Shown: positions 27,436-37,713 of the stretch, piece after piece
Layout: each line of letters begins with the position of its first letter
How positions within the stretch are numbered: the first letter of the stretch is position 1
Assembly: GCA_013334745.1 (NCBI GenBank)
Contig: JAAXWY010000011.1
Span: 1-55,640, forward strand
Direction: 5' to 3'
DNA from: Coriobacteriia bacterium
GTDB taxonomy: Bacteria; Actinomycetota; Coriobacteriia; Anaerosomatales; JAAXUF01
DNA length: 55,640 bases
Made by a program: the position numbers and the translations under genes
Notes under the pieces: model-generated
Databases searched by the model: none
What the model was told of the DNA's origin: nothing
Seen by the model: only the letters and a program-made list of their open reading frames with translations

Positions 27436-28195
27436 TCGCGGCTTCTTCGCGTCGCGCGAGCGTGCCCGTGCAGCGGTGCTCGCGGGTGAGGTGCGCGTCG
27501 CAGGCGAGGTTGTGAACAAGGCCGGGCACTCGGTCGATGAGGACGCCATTATCGAAGTCGCCGAGCGGCGTCGATTCGTCTCACGTGGCGGCGAGAAGCT
27601 CGATGGAGCGCTCACGACCTTCGGTCTCGACGTTGCGGGAGTGCGCGCCGTGGACGTGGGAGCATCCACAGGCGGCTTCACCGACTGTCTTCTCCAGCGG
27701 GGGGCCGCGAGCGTCGTCGCCGTTGACGTTGGCTACGGACAGCTCGCTTGGTCACTACGCAGCGACCCCAGGGTCACGGTGTTCGAGCGCCTCAACATAC
27801 GCGCCGCAGACCCGGATGTGCTCGGTGCGCCGTTTGAACTCGTAGTCATCGATGTCTCGTTCATATCGCTGCGCGTCGTCATGCCACATCTCCTCGCCCT
27901 CATGGCCCCGCAGAGCGATCTCGTAGCGCTGGTAAAGCCTCAGTTCGAAGCCGGTAAGGGGCGTGTGGGAAAACGGGGCGTGGTCAAGGACGCGGGCGTA
28001 CACCAAGACGTTCTGGAGGCGGCGGTCGCAACCGCTCGCGAGGGCGGTCTGGTAGTCCGAGATCTGACGTATTCGCCCATCAAGGGTCCGGAAGGTAACA
28101 TCGAGTTCTGGATGTGGGCGGCGCGATCGGGCGATCCGGCGGGTTCGAGTGCCGAGTCGGTCGTTCAAGCGGCTCACGACGAACTGGGAGGCTGA
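27401..28195 (+). CDS. tlyA: TlyA family rRNA 2'-O-methyltransferase / putative hemolysin.
   Basis: S4-like N-terminal domain (RIDALLVDRGFFASRERA). FtsJ-like methyltransferase fold with the VDVGASTGGFTD motif. Confidence 0.85.
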   Translation: MTRRRIDALLVDRGFFASRERARAAVLAGEVRVAGEVVNKAGHSVDEDAIIEVAERRRFVSRGGEKLDGALTTFGLDVAGVRAVDVGASTGGFTDCLLQRGAASVVAVDVGYGQLAWSLRSDPRVTVFERLNIRAADPDVLGAPFELVVIDVSFISLRVVMPHLLALMAPQSDLVALVKPQFEAGKGRVGKRGVVKDAGVHQDVLEAAVATAREGGLVVRDLTYSPIKGPEGNIEFWMWAARSGDPAGSSAESVVQAAHDELGG

Positions 28196-28197
28196 GC

Positions 28198-29046
28198 GTG
28201 CGGGTTCTGCTCGTACCGAACATACAGAACGCGGCAGCGGTGGGCGCCACCGTTGAGCTTGCAACGTGGCTGATCGCCGAGGGGTTCTCTCCTGTCCTTG
28301 CCACCGAGGACGCGCGCGGCGTTGGGCTGGCCGATCTGGGTGTCGCACCTGCCGATATCGGAGAACCGGTCCTCGTAGTCGCCCTCGGCGGGGACGGCAC
28401 CATTCTCAAGGCGGTGCATCTCCTCGGCGCGGTCGAAGTGCCTGTCATCGGCATCAAGTTCGGCAGGCTCGGGTTCTTGTCGGGCGCACCGGCCGGATCG
28501 ATGCGTGAAGCGGTGAGCACGGCGCTTGCAGGCGAGGCTCGGATCGAGCGTCGCGCGACGCTGCTCGCCGAGGTCGTCATGGATGGCCGTCCCGTGGGCA
28601 GGTACCGCGCGCTCAACGAGATCGTCGTCTCCCGTGGGGCGTCAGCACGTGTCATCGCGTTGGACCTGGGGATCGACGGTCACCCGATCGCCCGGTTCCG
28701 GGCCGACGGCATCATCGTGTCGACAGCTACAGGCTCGACGGCGTACGCGCTGTCCGCAGGTGGGCCCATCGTCGCCCCTGGCTTCGATGGCATGGTGGTG
28801 GTGCCGGTCGCCGCACACACACTGAAGGCCCGGCCCATCGTCACCGGCAGTCACGAAGTCGTCGAGATCTCCTTGCCCGACCCTTCACGCTCGGACGCAT
28901 GCCTCATCGTTGACGGCGGACTCGTGCCGTGTCGCCAGACGATCGACAGCGTGACCGTCACGCGCGGCAGCCACGACGTGCTGCTCGTCAAGCTGGACGG
29001 TCGCCACTTCTACGGCACCGTCGCCGACGAGTTCTTCGGGGGCTGA
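28198..29046 (+). CDS. nadK: NAD kinase.
   Basis: GGDGT motif (VVALGGDGTILKAV) and the NE/D short motif. GTG start after a GGGAGG RBS. Conserved tlyA-ppnK-recN synteny. Confidence 0.85.
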   Translation: MRVLLVPNIQNAAAVGATVELATWLIAEGFSPVLATEDARGVGLADLGVAPADIGEPVLVVALGGDGTILKAVHLLGAVEVPVIGIKFGRLGFLSGAPAGSMREAVSTALAGEARIERRATLLAEVVMDGRPVGRYRALNEIVVSRGASARVIALDLGIDGHPIARFRADGIIVSTATGSTAYALSAGGPIVAPGFDGMVVVPVAAHTLKARPIVTGSHEVVEISLPDPSRSDACLIVDGGLVPCRQTIDSVTVTRGSHDVLLVKLDGRHFYGTVADEFFGG

Positions 29047-29047
29047 C

Positions 29048-30679
29048 GTGCTCGACGAGCTGCACGTCCGCGACCTCGCACTCATCCGGGAAGCGTGGCT
29101 CGAGTTCGGGCCGGGCATGACCGTGCTCAGCGGCGAGACCGGCGCGGGCAAGACCGCCCTGCTCGGCGCGCTCAAGCTTCTGTTGGGAGAACGCGCGGAT
29201 TCGGGAGCGGTTCGCGACGGCGCGCCTGAGGCCACCGTCGAAGGTCGCTTCCGTGCGGGCGAACGCGAGTTGATCGCGCGCCGGCGGGTGAGCGCGGACG
29301 GGCGTAGCAGGTGCACCCTGGACGATGAGATGGCGACGGTGGGCGCGCTTGCCGAGCGCATCGGCCCACTCGTCGATCTGCACGGCCAGCATGAGCACCA
29401 GGCTCTCCTGTCGCCCGCCACCCACGTGGGATACCTGGACCGCAGGGCGGGGGAGTCGGCTCGAGTCGCGCTGGAGGAGTATCGGACGGCGCGGGAGGCG
29501 CATCGCGCAGCCATCACCAGCCGAGATGAACTTGCCGTGCGCATGGCCGAGGCCGCCAAGAACGCCGACTACCTGCGATTCGTGGCCGAGGAGATCGGCC
29601 GGGTCGATCCGGTGCCGGGCGAAGACGCTGCGCTTGAGGCGCGACTTCCGGCGCTGCAGCACGGGGAGCGCCTCGCGGAGGCAGCGGGTGAAGCCACGCG
29701 CATACTCCGCGCTGACGGGGGCGCACTCGACTCCGTCGCGCGCGCTCAGGCGACGCTGCTCAAGACCGTAGGCGTCGACCCGGCCCTCGATGCGCTTGCA
29801 GCGCGTTTGGGCGAGGTCTCGGCACTTACCGACGACGTTTCGGCCGAGCTGCGATCGTATCGGGATGGCATCGAGCATGATGCGGACGCACTCGATCGAG
29901 TGCTCGCGCGCCTGTCGGCGCTCAGCGGCCTCACTCGCAAGTACGGGCCAACGCTCGACGATGTGATTGCGGCTCGCGACGCGGCTGACGAAGCGCTCGC
30001 AGCGGCCGACGCCGGAGACGAGGCGCGACTGGCGGCCGACGCGGCCGTGGGTGCGGCGCAAGCACAGCTTCAGGCGGCAGCCGACCGGCTGACGGCTGTC
30101 CGCGAAGAGGCGGTGCCGGGGTTCGTTGCCGCGCTGGCCGACGCCGTGGCCGAGTTGGCGATGGATGGTACGCGCTTCGAGGTCGACATCGCCGCGCTGC
30201 CGTTTGACGCGTGGACGGCGGACGGGCCCCATCGGGTCGAGTTCCTCTACGCACCCGCTGCCGCGCAGAAGTGCCGTCCTTTGTCGCGTATCGCCTCGGG
30301 AGGCGAGATTTCGCGCGTGATGTTGGCACTCAAGGGTGTCTTGGGCGCAGCTGACTCGGTCGAGACGCTGGTGTTTGATGAGGTCGACGCGGGAATTGGT
30401 GGCGCCACGGCGACAGCGGTCGGTCGACGCCTCGCGCAACTTGGACGGGGTCGACAGGTCATCGTGGTCACCCACCTGGCGCAGGTGGCCGTCTTCGCCG
30501 ACGCGCATCTGGTCGTCAGCAAGGAGATGGACGGCGGGGACGCGGCTACAACGGTCACGCGAGTCGACGGCGGGGGACGTGTGGCCGAGATCGCGCGCAT
30601 GCTGTCAGGCAACGACTCCGATGCCGGGCTCGCACACGCCGAGGAGCTGCTCCAAAGCGTCGAGCACCCCGCGCGGTAG
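29048..30679 (+). CDS. recN: DNA repair protein RecN.
   Basis: N-terminal Walker A GETGAGKT, long coiled-coil and a C-terminal SMC-like signature. Length 543 aa. Confidence 0.9.
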   Translation: MLDELHVRDLALIREAWLEFGPGMTVLSGETGAGKTALLGALKLLLGERADSGAVRDGAPEATVEGRFRAGERELIARRRVSADGRSRCTLDDEMATVGALAERIGPLVDLHGQHEHQALLSPATHVGYLDRRAGESARVALEEYRTAREAHRAAITSRDELAVRMAEAAKNADYLRFVAEEIGRVDPVPGEDAALEARLPALQHGERLAEAAGEATRILRADGGALDSVARAQATLLKTVGVDPALDALAARLGEVSALTDDVSAELRSYRDGIEHDADALDRVLARLSALSGLTRKYGPTLDDVIAARDAADEALAAADAGDEARLAADAAVGAAQAQLQAAADRLTAVREEAVPGFVAALADAVAELAMDGTRFEVDIAALPFDAWTADGPHRVEFLYAPAAAQKCRPLSRIASGGEISRVMLALKGVLGAADSVETLVFDEVDAGIGGATATAVGRRLAQLGRGRQVIVVTHLAQVAVFADAHLVVSKEMDGGDAATTVTRVDGGGRVAEIARMLSGNDSDAGLAHAEELLQSVEHPAR

Positions 30680-30805
30680 GGCTCCGTGCTCGGCCTGCGA
30701 AGCACGAATCCGTGCCTGTCCTGTGGTAGCATTCGCACGTGGTGAGCCCGCTCGCTTCACCGTGAGCGAAACGTCGCTGACCCGCCGACAACGACCGGGA
30801 GTCGC

Positions 30806-31927
30806 ATGCGCCATCAGGGCATCGCACGCATCGACAGGCGAACCAAGGACCTCACCAAGCGCCTCGGTTCGGACGATGTCGCCATCATCGATCACGTCGA
30901 CATGGACCGAGTGAGCGCCGAGGGTCTTATCGAGACCGGCGTCGAAGTCGTGGTCAACGTCGCACCGTCGATCTCGGGTGCATATCCCAATGTGGGCCCG
31001 CTGCTCTTGACGCGCGCCGGCGTGACGCTGATCGACGCTGTTGGGCCCGCCGTGATGGAGCGAATCCGCGAAGGCGATTCTGTAGTCGTGATCGGTGATG
31101 ACATCCTCAAGGACGGAGAGGTCATCGCCACCGGCACCCGACTGTCGACGTCTGACATCGAGGCGAAGATGGAGGCCGCCAAGGCAGGTCTCGGCGACCA
31201 GCTCGATCGGTTCGCACGAAACACGCTCGAGTACCTCGAACGTGAGCAGTCGATCCTGACCGACGACATGTGGGTACCTCGCACGCGGCACGCGATCGAA
31301 GGTCGCCACGTACTCGTCGCGGTACGTGGGTACGACTTCAAGGCGGATCTGCAGGCGCTTCGGCCCTATGTGAGAGAGATGCGCCCGGTACTCATAGGCG
31401 TGGACGGTGGGGCCGACGCGATCATCGAGGCGGGATTCAAGCCCGACATCATCGTCGGCGACATGGATTCCGTGACCGATGCCGCTCTGTCGAGCGGAGC
31501 GGAGCTGATCGTGCATGCGTACCCGGACGGTAGGGCACCGGGCATGGAGCGGCTGGAGGAGCTTGGGCTGCAAGGCGTCGCGTGGCCTCTTGCCGCGACG
31601 AGCGAGGACTTGGCGCTGCTGCTGGCCTGGGAGTCGGGTGCCGACCTGATCGTCGCGGTTGGGACTCACGCGAACCTTGTGGAGTACCTCGACAAGGGAC
31701 GGAAGGGTATGGCGTCGACCTTCCTCGTCCGACTCAAGGTCGGTCCGAAGCTCGTCGACGCGAAGGGCGTCAACAAGCTCTACCGCGCCTCGGCGAGCCC
31801 GTCGCAGCTCATGCCAATCGTACTGGCCGCTTTGGTCGTGGTGACCGCGGTCATCGTCATCTCGCCCGCCGCTCGGTCGTTCATCGAACTGATCATCCTT
31901 CGTATCCGCGCCTGGTTTGGCGCCTGA
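30806..31927 (+). CDS. SteA-like (Rv1697 family) putative cytokinetic ring protein.
   Basis: Conserved recN-steA-steB-pyrG synteny of Actinobacteria. Soluble N-terminal domain plus a C-terminal TM helix. The assignment is mostly by context. Confidence 0.6.
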   Translation: MRHQGIARIDRRTKDLTKRLGSDDVAIIDHVDMDRVSAEGLIETGVEVVVNVAPSISGAYPNVGPLLLTRAGVTLIDAVGPAVMERIREGDSVVVIGDDILKDGEVIATGTRLSTSDIEAKMEAAKAGLGDQLDRFARNTLEYLEREQSILTDDMWVPRTRHAIEGRHVLVAVRGYDFKADLQALRPYVREMRPVLIGVDGGADAIIEAGFKPDIIVGDMDSVTDAALSSGAELIVHAYPDGRAPGMERLEELGLQGVAWPLAATSEDLALLLAWESGADLIVAVGTHANLVEYLDKGRKGMASTFLVRLKVGPKLVDAKGVNKLYRASASPSQLMPIVLAALVVVTAVIVISPAARSFIELIILRIRAWFGA

Positions 31928-31954
31928 CCCCCTTCGTCGTAGGAGCTGCGCCCG

Positions 31955-32803
31955 ATGTACAACCTCCGCTACCACATCGTCTCACTCGTCGCCGTGTTCC
32001 TTGCGCTCGCGATCGGTCTCGTTCTCGGCGGGCTCGTCGTCCAGCAGGGCAGCTTCTCGCGCCAGCAGGATGCGCTCGTCTCGGGATTGCAGCGTGACTT
32101 CCGCAAGCTGAAGAACGAGAACTCGAGGCTGAAGAAGGAAGTTGCCCTCCAGAACAGCTACTCCGAGCAGATCACGAGCGCTTGGGCCAAGAACCGACTC
32201 AAGGGTCACGCAGTCGTGATACTCACGAGTGGCGCGGAGAAGGAGGGCGCTGCGGCTGCAGCGGCCGACGTGAGAACCGCGGGCGGTACGCCTGTCACCG
32301 TGACGATTTTGAAGCGCGAGTTCGGACTCAACGACGAGAAGGTCGTCTCCGCGCTGCGATCCGTGGTCGCGACCGACGCCGACCTGCGTCCATCCCTGCC
32401 GGCGTCACTCGCTGCGGAGTGGACGACACCTGATGAGCCACGACCGATGACGGATGCGCTCGTAAAGGCGGGTGCGATCAAGGTGGCCGGGTTCAAGGGC
32501 TCGAAGGTGGCGACCGACCTCGTCAGCGTCGCCGCGTTCCTCAAGGAACCCGACGCTGTCGCTCTCGACATCGGCCGAGCCTACGCGGACTCCGGCTACT
32601 ACGCGATCGGGGCCCAGACCCCGACGAGTGGTACGGGAGTGGCAGCGGCAGCAGTCGCACGTCGACTCTCCGCGTTCGACACCCTTGGGACGCAACCCGG
32701 CCGCTTCACCCTTGTGGCGTTGCTGAGTGGCGGGGAGCAGGGGTACTTCGGGCTCAGCGCGAACACGATCAAGCCGTTCCCGGCCTTGCCCGACGACCAG
32801 TAG
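31955..32803 (+). CDS. SteB/MctB-like (Rv1698 family; annotated as copper transporter in some genomes).
   Basis: N-terminus MYNLRYHIVSLVAVFLALAIGLVLGG... closely resembles the MctB N-terminal TM/coiled-coil region. Position between steA and pyrG. Confidence 0.65.
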   Translation: MYNLRYHIVSLVAVFLALAIGLVLGGLVVQQGSFSRQQDALVSGLQRDFRKLKNENSRLKKEVALQNSYSEQITSAWAKNRLKGHAVVILTSGAEKEGAAAAAADVRTAGGTPVTVTILKREFGLNDEKVVSALRSVVATDADLRPSLPASLAAEWTTPDEPRPMTDALVKAGAIKVAGFKGSKVATDLVSVAAFLKEPDAVALDIGRAYADSGYYAIGAQTPTSGTGVAAAAVARRLSAFDTLGTQPGRFTLVALLSGGEQGYFGLSANTIKPFPALPDDQ

Positions 32804-32810
32804 CGAGCGT

Positions 32811-33518
32811 CTAGGCGGACCGGTCGTCGCTCACGCCGGCGTGATGCCGCTCGGATGCGAGTTTGGCCAGCGCGAGTGACACGTGCACGAACTGGCGGCC
32901 CCGGTGCACAAACCCCGACACGTCCCGGCCTGTCGCGGCGTGCGCCATCGTGGTCGGCACCTCCAACAGACGGAAGCCTGCACGAAGTGCCCGAACGGTG
33001 AGTCCGACCTCGACGCCGTAGCCGCTGAGGAAGGGCCGGGTTCGCGCCAGGCATTCGCCGGTGATCGCGCGCTGACCCGACAGGGGAGCGTTTGCCGTGA
33101 ACGGGCCGCCGTAGCGCACGATGCCCCACCGGGCGAGCCGCATCACGAAGCCGAAGCCCGCCTTGCCTTCGGGGCGAGGGAACGTGGCGATCGTCATGTC
33201 GGCTTCGCCCGCGACGATCGGTCCGAGCAGGGCGGCACCCTGACTCGCCGTCTCGCCGAGGTCGCCATCGAGCAAGAGCACGATGTCCGCATTCTCGACG
33301 CGCTTGGCTCCCGCTTCAAGCGCTCCGCCCTTGCCGGCGTTGCCGAACATGCGGACGACCTTGGCGCCGGCCCGCTCGGCGAGGATGGCGGTGTCATCCT
33401 CACTTCCATCGTCGACGACCACGACTCGCGTCACGCCATCGATCGCCAGTGCGGCCTCCACCGTGGCAGCGATCCGCTCGGCCTCGTCGTGTGCGGGTAT
33501 GAGGACTGCGATGTCCAC
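32811..33518 (-). CDS. Family 2 glycosyltransferase (dolichyl/polyprenyl-phosphate sugar synthase-like).
   Basis: VLIPAHDEAERI, VVDDGSEDDT, FGNAGKGGAL and the LLDGDL (DxD) motif. Length 235 aa. Confidence 0.8.
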   Translation of the reverse strand: MDIAVLIPAHDEAERIAATVEAALAIDGVTRVVVVDDGSEDDTAILAERAGAKVVRMFGNAGKGGALEAGAKRVENADIVLLLDGDLGETASQGAALLGPIVAGEADMTIATFPRPEGKAGFGFVMRLARWGIVRYGGPFTANAPLSGQRAITGECLARTRPFLSGYGVEVGLTVRALRAGFRLLEVPTTMAHAATGRDVSGFVHRGRQFVHVSLALAKLASERHHAGVSDDRSA

Positions 33519-33519
33519 C

Positions 33520-35118
33520 TTATGCTCCTCGTCCGAACCGGCGGGCGATCGTGCGTCTCGCCAGCGTCATACCGCTGGCGACCTCGGCCACGCCGAGGAT
33601 GCGTCCGACACCGAAAGCGATGCCGAGGCCAACGATTCCGCCGAGCGTGACTTGAATCAGTGCCCCGCCGGGGTTGCCCGCCAGACCCGGGGACGCCCAG
33701 GTGATCGCCCATGCTGCGGCTCCACCAATGGCTGATGCGAACGCCATGCGCGCGAACGTCCAGGTCACACCACTCGAGTCGAAGCCGCCGATCCGCCTAC
33801 GAAGCAGCAGCCCGAGTGTCACGGAGATGCAGAAGTATGCGGCGACGTCAGCCATGGGGATGCCGTTGATGCCGATGCCGGCCCACTCACCGACGCCGGT
33901 CGACAGCACCACGTAGAGCGTGATCTGCACGCCGATCGTGAGCGCAAGGTTCACCCACATGGGTGTCTTCGTGTCCTTCAACGAGTAGAACGTGCGCAGC
34001 AGGAACATCGTGAGCGCGTAGAAGATCAGCCCGGCTGCCCACCAGCGCAGTGCGCCCGCGACGAGCGGGATGTCCTCGGCTGTGAAGGCGCCGACTCGGT
34101 ACAGCGTCACGAGCGGCACCGCGAGCGCCACCATCACCGCTGAGGCTGGCAACATCATCACGCCGGTTGCACGTAACCCGCGCGCAAAGGTCTGCTTGAA
34201 GGCGACCATGTCGGTCTTGCCGGCCGAGTCGGAAAGCTCGGTGAACACGGCGGTGGCCAGTGCCACAGCTAGGATGCCGTAAGGGAGCTGGTAGAAGACC
34301 CACGCGTAGGTGAGGACCGAGACGCCCTTCTCGGACACGGCCAGCGCCGAGGAGTTGCGAAACGACACCGCGACGAGGTTGGTGACCACGTAGATGAACG
34401 TCGGGATCGCGAGGCGCAGCATACGTCGCACCGCAGGGTCGCGAAGACCCAGCCCCGCCGAGTACTTCCAGCCTGACTTAAACACCGCCGGAACCTGCAC
34501 CGCGAACATGACGAAGACGGCGAGCGTGGTCCCGAGCGCGAGGACGATCGCTGCCGGGCCGGCTGCGGTCGCCTGTCCCGACACGTCGCCACCGAGCGCC
34601 ACGAACGCAAGCATCGCACCGATGGCCACGACGTTGTTGAACACGGGTCCAACAGCCGGCCAGAAGTACTGCCTGCGGGAGTTGAGCAGGCCCGAGATGA
34701 TGGAGCCGGCGCCGTACAGGACGACCTGCAGGGCGAAGAAGCGGAAGAAGAACGTGGCCGCGGGCACGACCTTGGCGGCCTCCTGCGGAGACATCCGGAA
34801 CGTCTGCGTCCAGATGAACGGTTCGGGGAAGATCGTGCCGATGACGCCGATGACGCCAAGGCACAGGAGCGCGAGGTTGAAGACGCGACTCGAAAACGCC
34901 CACGCCGCGTCGTCGCCCGTCTGCTCGCGCAGTTCCATGAACATCGGGATGAAGAGCGACGAGATTATGCCGCCTGCTACGAGCTCGAAGATCATGTTGG
35001 GGATGTTGTTGGCGACGCTGTACGCAGACATCAGGCCCGTCGCTCCGAGCGCGAAGGCGGTGGCCCAGATGCGTAGGAAGCCCGTGATGCGTGAGAGCAT
35101 CGTGAGTGTCGACATCAT
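33520..35118 (-). CDS. murJ: MurJ/MviN family lipid-linked oligosaccharide flippase.
   Basis: N-terminal LSRITGFLRIWATAFALG MurJ signature (SRxLGFxR). 14 predicted TM helices. Length 532 aa with no C-terminal pseudokinase extension. Confidence 0.75.
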   Translation of the reverse strand: MMSTLTMLSRITGFLRIWATAFALGATGLMSAYSVANNIPNMIFELVAGGIISSLFIPMFMELREQTGDDAAWAFSSRVFNLALLCLGVIGVIGTIFPEPFIWTQTFRMSPQEAAKVVPAATFFFRFFALQVVLYGAGSIISGLLNSRRQYFWPAVGPVFNNVVAIGAMLAFVALGGDVSGQATAAGPAAIVLALGTTLAVFVMFAVQVPAVFKSGWKYSAGLGLRDPAVRRMLRLAIPTFIYVVTNLVAVSFRNSSALAVSEKGVSVLTYAWVFYQLPYGILAVALATAVFTELSDSAGKTDMVAFKQTFARGLRATGVMMLPASAVMVALAVPLVTLYRVGAFTAEDIPLVAGALRWWAAGLIFYALTMFLLRTFYSLKDTKTPMWVNLALTIGVQITLYVVLSTGVGEWAGIGINGIPMADVAAYFCISVTLGLLLRRRIGGFDSSGVTWTFARMAFASAIGGAAAWAITWASPGLAGNPGGALIQVTLGGIVGLGIAFGVGRILGVAEVASGMTLARRTIARRFGRGA

Positions 35119-35382
35119 CGCTGTCGATCTGGCGATGGACGGCTTGCTGATGGTGCGCGCCTCCGGGTTCGGCGGCCGAGAAGGCCGCGTCTGAATGGAT
35201 CGGCCGCTTCACACCGGCCAGCACAAGTGTACCCGAGCGGCTCGCGGCGCACCCTGCAGTATTCGCTATACTGACCTCGGGCACAGTTGCCCGGACGCGG
35301 CGCGCCCGCACCGGATCACCCCTAGTCGAACCGAGGCGGCGAACGCGACACACTCGTGTCAGTGCAGCCGCATGGAGCGGGA

Positions 35383-37713
35383 ATGAAGCGAGTCTGGCCG
35401 ATAGTCGCCATATTCGCCGCCGTTATGGTGGCGTGCGTAGCCGCCCCTCCTCTCACCACCACCGCAGCAGCCGCAACCGCAGCGCAATCCAAGGATCGAA
35501 CCGTCTATCTGGTCATCGCGCCGTATCTGACCTGGGCCGATGTCACAGCGACGTCGACCCCCTCCCTGTGGCGCATCGCCGAGCAAGGCGCGGTCGCCAG
35601 CGTCAACGCCCGGAGTCGTGTCCGGAAGTCGGGCACAGGGGCGACAGCGCTCGAGGGTGCGCTCGCGATCTCGTCAGGCGTCTGGGCGCTACCCGATTGG
35701 GCGGCTCCTGCTGCGTTCAACGCGAGCGAGACGGTCGCCGGTGGTACCGCAGCAGAGTCGTACCGGCGCACAGTCGGGGACTCGACCGACGATGCCGACA
35801 TCGTGTTCTTGGGGCTGCCGATCATCGAGCGTGCCAATCGCAAAGGATCGGTCGACGTGCAGCTGGGTACGCTCGGCGAGACGATCACCTCTGCGGGCGG
35901 TGTGACTGCGGCCATCGGGAACTCCGATACCGGGTACAGCGATGCGCCCGAGTTTCAGCGACCCGCGGCCGTCGCGTCGATGGATGCATCGGGGCTCGTC
36001 GCATTCGGCGACGTGTCGGCGGCGCTGCTTGCGACGTCGACCGCGGCTCCGTACGCGCGAGGGACCGACCCCATGCGCTTCGCGAACGCGCTTGCGAGCG
36101 CACTTCAGCGAGTTGAGGCGCACGGCGGACCCGCACTGGTGGTGCTCGATGCGGGCGACCTCGCTCGCGCCCGCGACTTCTCGTGGCAGGTGGATCCGAC
36201 GGTCGCCGCGCGCCAGCGCGCAGAGGCGGTCGCAGCGCTCGACCACGTTGTCGGCCTAGCGGTAGACGCCCGTGGTCCCGATGACGTGGTCATCGTCGCG
36301 TCACAGGCCCTCTTCGCCGACCCAAGCGGAGATGCAGAGGGTTTCGGTCCGCTGCTCGTGCTCGGCGAAGGCTTCGAAGGCTTCGCCACAGCGTCATCGA
36401 CGCACCGGATGGGGCTGGTGACCAACATTGACATCACTGCGACCGTGCTTGAGGCGCTCCGGCTCGAGCGCCCCGTACAGGTGCTTGGCAGTCCCATCAA
36501 CACACTGAGCACCGACAAAGATGCGTCTTCGCGTATCGCCTACTTGAGTCGGCAGTCGGACGTTCTTGTCGCGATCAATCAGGTGAAGCCTGCGGTCTCT
36601 CGCACGATGGTGGTGCTGGCCGTTCTCGCATTCGCGTTGACCCTGGCTCTCGCGCTCCTTGCATCCCCAACGCCGGGCACGGTCACGGTGCTTGCGATGA
36701 CGGCCCGAGGAGCGCTGCTGCTGGCGCTGGCGATTCCATGTGCGGTCTGGCTCGCCGCGATCGTGCTCCCGGCGCCTGGCTCGGGTGCCGCAGCCGGGGC
36801 CGCGATCGCGCTTGGCACCGTCGCGCTCGCCGCGCCGCTCTTCGCGTTGTCGCGTCGGCTTCCCATTCGTGCGCCGGTGGCCGTGCTGTGCCTCCTTACG
36901 TCACTCACGCTGCTGGCCGAGCAGTTCGTCGGGGCACCCCTCTCGCTCCTGTCGGCACTCAGCTACTCGGCGCTACTCGGCGCGCGCTACTACGGTATCG
37001 GCAACGAGACCGCGGCGATCGTGTTCGGTTCGCTGGTCGTCGGTTGCGCGCTACTCATCGACGCGTGGCCACGGGCCCGCTGGGTGGAGATGCTGCGATC
37101 CTGGGGCGTCGCTGTGCTCGGAGTCGTGTTCGTGGGCGTCGCCGTCGCGCCGGCTCTGGGTGCCAACGTCGGTGTCGCCATCTGGGGAACCGCGGGCTTC
37201 GCGCTTGCTGCGCTGCTGTTGAGGGGCGTCCGTCTGACTCCGGGGCGCGTCGGGCTGATCATCGTGGGTGCGGTGATGGTCGTGGGTGTGTTCGCCGCGG
37301 TCGACGTGTTCGGCGGTGGAGCGCAGACGCACCTCGCACGAGCGCTTGAAGGTGCGGACAGGGGTGGTGTTGGAACGCTGTGGACGATCATCGTGCGTAA
37401 GGCCGGCGCGAACGCGCGGGTGCTTGGCAGTACCGAACTGACGTGGATCCTCGTATCGGCCGCAGCGCTCGGCGCCTTGGTACGGTGGCGCCGACCCGCC
37501 GTGTGGACCAGTCTTCGCTCCGCCAACGCGGCCCTGTTTGCCGTGGCGACCGCAGCGATTGGCGCGGGCATCGTCGCCTTCTTCACTGAAGACTCCGGAA
37601 TCGTCATCCCGTCCTACATGGCCCTGTACGTCGGGGGCGCGTTCGCGTGGATGTTGTTGGCCCGTTTGGGCGACATCGAGGCGGTGAACCGCGATGACTC
37701 CGATCGTCAGTGA
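35383..37713 (+). CDS. Large exported/polytopic membrane protein: signal-anchor, ~420-aa extracytoplasmic domain, then ~10 TM helices.
   Basis: N-terminal signal/TM (MKRVWPIVAIFAAVMVACVAAPP) with RBS-like spacing. The C-terminal half is strongly hydrophobic. Divergently transcribed from the murJ-like gene. No identifiable catalytic motif. Confidence 0.5.
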   Translation: MKRVWPIVAIFAAVMVACVAAPPLTTTAAAATAAQSKDRTVYLVIAPYLTWADVTATSTPSLWRIAEQGAVASVNARSRVRKSGTGATALEGALAISSGVWALPDWAAPAAFNASETVAGGTAAESYRRTVGDSTDDADIVFLGLPIIERANRKGSVDVQLGTLGETITSAGGVTAAIGNSDTGYSDAPEFQRPAAVASMDASGLVAFGDVSAALLATSTAAPYARGTDPMRFANALASALQRVEAHGGPALVVLDAGDLARARDFSWQVDPTVAARQRAEAVAALDHVVGLAVDARGPDDVVIVASQALFADPSGDAEGFGPLLVLGEGFEGFATASSTHRMGLVTNIDITATVLEALRLERPVQVLGSPINTLSTDKDASSRIAYLSRQSDVLVAINQVKPAVSRTMVVLAVLAFALTLALALLASPTPGTVTVLAMTARGALLLALAIPCAVWLAAIVLPAPGSGAAAGAAIALGTVALAAPLFALSRRLPIRAPVAVLCLLTSLTLLAEQFVGAPLSLLSALSYSALLGARYYGIGNETAAIVFGSLVVGCALLIDAWPRARWVEMLRSWGVAVLGVVFVGVAVAPALGANVGVAIWGTAGFALAALLLRGVRLTPGRVGLIIVGAVMVVGVFAAVDVFGGGAQTHLARALEGADRGGVGTLWTIIVRKAGANARVLGSTELTWILVSAAALGALVRWRRPAVWTSLRSANAALFAVATAAIGAGIVAFFTEDSGIVIPSYMALYVGGAFAWMLLARLGDIEAVNRDDSDRQ

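Noticed and set aside
28988-30508. 506-aa antisense ORF opposite recN.
   Set aside because: Shadow ORF. The sense strand encodes an unmistakable RecN.
30605-31975. 456-aa antisense ORF opposite the steA-like gene.
   Set aside because: Shadow ORF overlapping a gene conserved by synteny.
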